From positions 14,840,542 through 14,904,541 of the forward strand of contig CM119266.1 of the NCBI GenBank assembly GCA_051294375.1: a stretch of 64,000 bases of DNA, given 5' to 3'. Positions 58,864 to 64,000 of this stretch are shown piece by piece. Position numbers and translations under genes: made by a program. Within the stretch, counting starts at the first letter, position 1, and the number at the start of each line of letters is the position of its first letter. Source of the stretch: Paraspadella gotoi. Taxonomy: Eukaryota; Animalia; Chaetognatha. Below the pieces are notes generated by a model, which saw only the letters and a program-made list of their open reading frames with translations, ran no database searches and was not told where the DNA came from.

Positions 58864-60253
58864 GGAGANNNNNNNNNNNNNNNNNNNNNNNNNGAACGAC
58901 GGGTCCCGACGCCGAGTGCGCGAAGAATTAGTCTGAAAAATCTTAATTATTTTTTTTTTCATTAAGACGTTATTAAACCATTCGCTTGGTTAAATATATT
59001 TTTTTTATAATGTGAACGAAAAATCTAGATAAAATAAAATATATGCTTGATTATTCATTTTTTGAATAAATAAATCAGCGGAAACATTTTATTGCCTTTC
59101 GCGAGCGAGATCTTCCTCTTTCTCTCTCTTCTATTCACGCGAAATTTTTTATCGCTTTCAAAAGAAAAATAAAAGTTATGCCATCTATTTCTGTCTGTCA
59201 TATTTTCAAGCTTAAAGCTTTTTTTTTTTTTTTTGAGAAATGTTAATGTTGTTAATGATCGGCCTGAGAATTGGGAATTTCTTAACTTCTATGAGTGGAA
59301 TCGTCGACGACGACGACGACTGCGACGATGACGAGGACGACGTCGACGACGACGAAGATGACGACGATAATCATGACAGCGACTACGAAAAAAATTTTTA
59401 GGGCAAAGTTCGACGAAGTTTAGGTAAAACTTTCCCTCGAGAACACACCGGGATTTAAAGTCAACGTAATAAAATAGTAGAGCACCGGATTTCAAAAAAA
59501 ATGATGGATAGAAAATGAATTAATATATCAGTAACTTGCTATCATTTGTAAGGAACCAATTGATATGTGGTGAACTCAAACTCAAACTCAAACTTAAACC
59601 GACTGTTTAATAATTATTACCTATTTAAAAATCTTATTAACTCTTCCGTGGTCGTGAATTTAAAAAAAAAAAAGATTTAGACTAAAATATACAAAAAAAA
59701 ACAAAAACAGCCGACATACCCGCTACTTACCTTCGCTTAACCTTCAACCCACTTCGCCCATCGCTAATCGTCTCGACAGGTCGCACTTCATTTCATCTCT
59801 CTCTATTTCCCGCTCCCCACTACTCCGTTCCAGACCTCTCCGAATCCCACCTCTCAACTTCAGACGACTCCGCTTCAGACCACACGGCTTCCGACCATCC
59901 GGTGCTCCATGAAACTCCTTCGGCTCCACTTCATTCTCACGATTAACTCCTTTAATTACTCAAATTTGCTCTACCTACTCGCAATGATCTTCTTCTTTCC
60001 TTCCTCAGCTCCATTCCATGTCCTCCACCTCCTCGCGCGACTCCCCCTCTCCGGTCTCGGAGACGCCAGCCTAGAAATTGCGACGCGTCTCCCTTCATTG
60101 TTTTTACTCGACGACGACGACGAAGACGACGACGAGAAGATTCTCTCGGGAACCTTAAAAAACCTCGTTCTCATCTCGGCCCCCCCCTCACTTTCCCGAA
60201 ATCCGCACACGGCGCCTGTTTGGAACCGGCGTCTCCGATTATAACGATGTTTT

Positions 60254-60341
<88 letters not shown>

Positions 60342-61518
60342 AGGCCGCGACTACTCAGCGCGGCGCGGCGTATATCGGCCATCGGGGATCCCGCTTGGCC
60401 TCTCCACCCTTCCGCCGCTAACTGGCACCCCCCCCCCGTGCACCCTCCTCGAAACCATCGGGGACCCCCAAACCATCAGGGGGCCCGCGGATTCACATTT
60501 TAATTGCCTTATTTTCGAGTTAATGTCGAGCGAGGCTTCGCGAAGATGGCGCTGAGGTGAGCGCCGAAAAATTCTCATTCTCGTCGCTCTAATGATCTTC
60601 CGGTGAGAGGACGGGGACGACGACGACGACGACGACGATGATGAGAGGAAACTGCCGATGCTTTTCTTTTCCCCGTTTCCGCGTTTATGATTTGAAATGG
60701 GTTTCGTTAAGCGGACGATTTTCCTCGTCACCCAAATTCTATGCTGAGATTTTTAAAAGTTTAAGATTTTTTGTCTCACGTAGTTAAAAGAAACTTTTTT
60801 TTCGAGTACGAGGGGTGAAATCGGGCTTGGTTTGGATAATCGGGCTTGGTTTGGATAAAGCCAAATTCCCAAATTATGTGTTTTCCTCTAAGATGATTAT
60901 TTCAATATTGTTTAGAGCATTTTCCGAATTCGTTTTTCTTGAAGTCTTATTCTTAATCGGGAGAATTTTTAATCTACGTAAAATGGCAAATTTTTCAGGC
61001 TATGTTAATCTCCAAAATCATTAATCAATTTCAAAATTCAACGAGGTAATCTATTTAAATTTTATAAATTAGTTTTCTGATATTAACAAACGATGGGGTT
61101 TTGATGAAGCCGCCCAATTTTCCCCTTCCTCCCGCTCATCATTGAAGAGCCTCTTCCCAAATCCTTAGCACTACTCCGCCAACTTCCCCCCAACATTAAT
61201 GCAGAATTTTATCGCGAAAACTGGCATCCCCGAAAATCTCATTAGCCCGTAATGGTTTCATCTTTTGAACAATGGCGGCGCCTCTCGCCCGCCAAGCGAC
61301 GCCGAGAGACGCCGGGGGGCGGCCGACGCCGGATCGAAGAAGCGAGATTGGGAGCGGAATAGGAGAGCGCGAAGTTAGGGTAAGTAAAAGGGAAGAAGAC
61401 GAACAGATGAAACTCTCGTCTAGGGTGAGTTTATAAAGGAAACGAGAGAACGCTGTTCTCTCTTCTTGGTAAGTTCGGTTTGGCGCTTAATTAGAGCGTC
61501 TTACCAAGGAAGGGGGAA

Positions 61519-61560
<42 letters not shown>
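56119..61560. repeat. ~2.7 kb tandem direct duplication (56119-58868 / 58894-61560) separated by an N-gap
   Basis: Both copies start aacgacgg(g)tcccgacgccgagtgcgcgaagaattag and end in ...gtcttaccaaggaagggg..(AG)n. Differences are mostly 1-bp indels. Confidence 0.9.
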
Positions 61561-61562
<2 letters not shown>

Positions 61563-61881
61563 GAGTTACGTTCCTCGATAATTGAACAGACTCCTAATTT
61601 TTTTTCCGCGCTCTTTCTCTCTCCCTCGCTTTCCCTCTCTCTCCCTTAATGGGTAATTTAGGAAAATTAGAACCAGAGGATATTTTATAAAAGGAAGCTC
61701 TTCCGTTCTTCTTGGGGCTTTTTAATTGGCTCATCCGAAAAGAAAAATTGTGCGAAGAATTATGGATTCCTTTTTTTGTGGGGGCTCTCCCTTTGTTCTT
61801 CTTTAAGAAGCCTTTATTATTTCATTCGTGACTTTGTTTCGGTTTTTGAAGGAAGGAAGAAAGGAGAATNNNNNNNNNNNN

Positions 61882-61915
<34 letters not shown>

Positions 61916-63711
61916 GGTAGGAGCAACAGAAGAAAGAGTAAGGGGAGAACAAAATCTTTTCAGCGCAAAAAAGAGGAAAGTGAAAAAAAAAGGAAAAATA
62001 AGAATAGAAAAGAAAATTGGATGCTGTCGCTGGTTTATGGGTTAAGGGGTTAAAATTACAAGGAGAAAATTGGTCGTCGCGCGTCAAAAAATCGGAACGC
62101 GCCGAGTCGCTAACACTTTTTTTTGTTGCAAAAACAGGAAAAGATGAGAAGGAGAAACTTGAAAACATCTTTGTTGCTTAAAAGCTGGGTTTTAAATTTT
62201 TACAAGAAAAAAGAAATATATGTTTTTTTTTTTGAAATATTAAGTTTCTTCTTAAAATTAAAGTGCAATAGCAATTTCGAAAATTACTACTATATTTAAA
62301 ACTATCACTACAATTCGATTACAAACGTTGCGGAAATTGTAGCACAAAGTCGGCGTCTTAGCGAAAAGGAAAGTAAACCTGGGAGGTTCGTAAACGATTA
62401 GGACGGAAGGTGAGGGATGGCTCGATCGTTAGCAGAGCGAGGGAGAGTGAGAAAATAGTGAAATGGGAGGGAGGTTCGAAAGCGAAAACGGATGATAGTA
62501 CAAAGTACAAACTCTGGCAAAATGAGATTTTTTGAGAAAAGATAAGTAGGGTTTCTTAATAGAGGGATCAATAATTATATCTTTTTTTAAATAATGTTTC
62601 CTAAAACAGTAACAGTATTTCAAGGATAGCATAAATATTTATAAATATTTCCATAGGATGTTAAAGTATTAGGCGTAGGTTCCCCTTTCATTGGTCGAGG
62701 AGAAAGGTGCCCTGGGGCCATGGGACAAGTGTAGCGATGGGGAGAGGAGTTTAAAAGAAATAAAGTTCTTCATTTGACGGAGATGGGAGCCTTTGGAGGT
62801 AGGACGAGTCTCATAAAGAATGTTAGTGGGTGGGCAAGGGGCGGAGGCGGATGGCTTTTTGCGTTTGAGATAAAGTCAGGGGGTTCGGGTAAAAATGGGG
62901 CGGGGCGGGGGGGAGTTGGTGTCGCTCTCTCTCTTCTCGTCGACGCAGTTTCGTCTTCACTTTTGAAGCCATTTTAGTTTTCGAGGAGACAACGACGATT
63001 GAGCAGCTTTAATGGTCCCCGAATGCTCGTAGCCGACAACATTCTTAAATTGCAGGCGGTGGCGGGCGGAGAAGTTGAGAGAGGGAATCAACGCGGGGAT
63101 ATTAATTATAACTTGAATTGATTGAAAGCTTGCTATGTTATTATCTTGTAAGTTTGATGGAGGCCTTAAACCACCAAGGCCTGTCCAAAGTCAGGGACAA
63201 GATAGCTTATTTTTTGAATGAATGGATAATTTTTATATTGGTTGTACTTTGATAAAGTCTGGGTAAATAATTTTTGAGTTTTTCATTTTAAATTCAAATT
63301 TTGTGAAGTCGAATTTTTCATTTCTGTCTTTATTTTGATTTAAGATAATATATTCATAGTTAAGCTTTTTTTAAAGAATTACTTTAATTTATAAATATAA
63401 TAATCAAAATGTTTTGGGAGAAAGCTATTAAAATTTCAAAAATAACAGTGAGGCTGTTTTAGATAACATTTTGTTCTAAATTTCAAATTAATTACTAATT
63501 TGTTTAGTAAATACGTACAATAAACTTTAAATTAAAAAAAGTAACGAGCAACATATGGCCAAAAACATCGTGCGCCATCGTCTGACGACGAATGGCACTT
63601 GAAAGCCCCTTGGCAGTGTAACGCCTGTTTCAAAGGGATTCTTCATTTATTTCTTTTTCTTCGATTCGGGAAAACGTCCGACAGAAAAGAGAGAAAAGCA
63701 GTTAAAAAGAG

Positions 63712-63777
<66 letters not shown>

Positions 63778-64000
63778 TTACCATCAACGGGGAGGAATGG
63801 AATTTTTTAAAAAAATTTGCAGAAAAATTTACGCATTTTTTAGAAACAACCTCAGGAGAGTAAAATTTCGTTAAACATAGTATCAGTTAATTTCTAACTT
63901 TGTGCTCGAAAAAAATCATTTTTATTCTAATATGCGAAGTTGCTTTCCAGAATCAAAGATCTTACTCGCTACAATCAAATGAAAAAAATATGTAAAGATA

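Noticed and set aside
56119-61560. 2.7 kb tandem duplication as a biological segmental duplication
   Set aside because: The copies abut an N-gap and differ mostly by single-base indels, typical of overlapping contig ends or raw long-read gap filling.

Overview
Eukaryotic (invertebrate-like metazoan) genomic DNA from a gapped, partly low-quality assembly. Introns are AT-rich, exons are GC/CpG-rich, and (AG)n/(GAC)n microsatellites are very dense. I reconstructed four spliced genes by hand. (1) A + strand gene (1275-13585, 5' end outside the window) made of a tandem array of 26 symmetric phase-1 exons of two alternating types, each starting with an N-glycosylation sequon and encoding a coiled-coil-like helix. 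It ends in an IgGFc-binding (FCGBP N-terminal-type) domain placed at the C-terminus. (2) A 3-exon secreted protein with blocks of opposite charge (14907-16368). (3) A - strand multi-Ig single-pass receptor with a PDZ-binding tail (18540-27523, 5' end not found). Its introns carry a decayed Ty3/Gypsy element and a TSD-flanked foldback containing an intact hammerhead ribozyme core. (4) A 9-exon coiled-coil protein with a His-rich tail (42151-49625). Also present: a decayed Penelope-like fragment, two Helentron/HINE-like elements, and gap-adjacent inverted and tandem duplications that are probably assembly artefacts. The best candidate for an undescribed system is the modular glycosylated-stalk/FCGBP-domain gene with its birth-and-death exon array. 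All protein family calls come from motif recognition by eye, not database searches.
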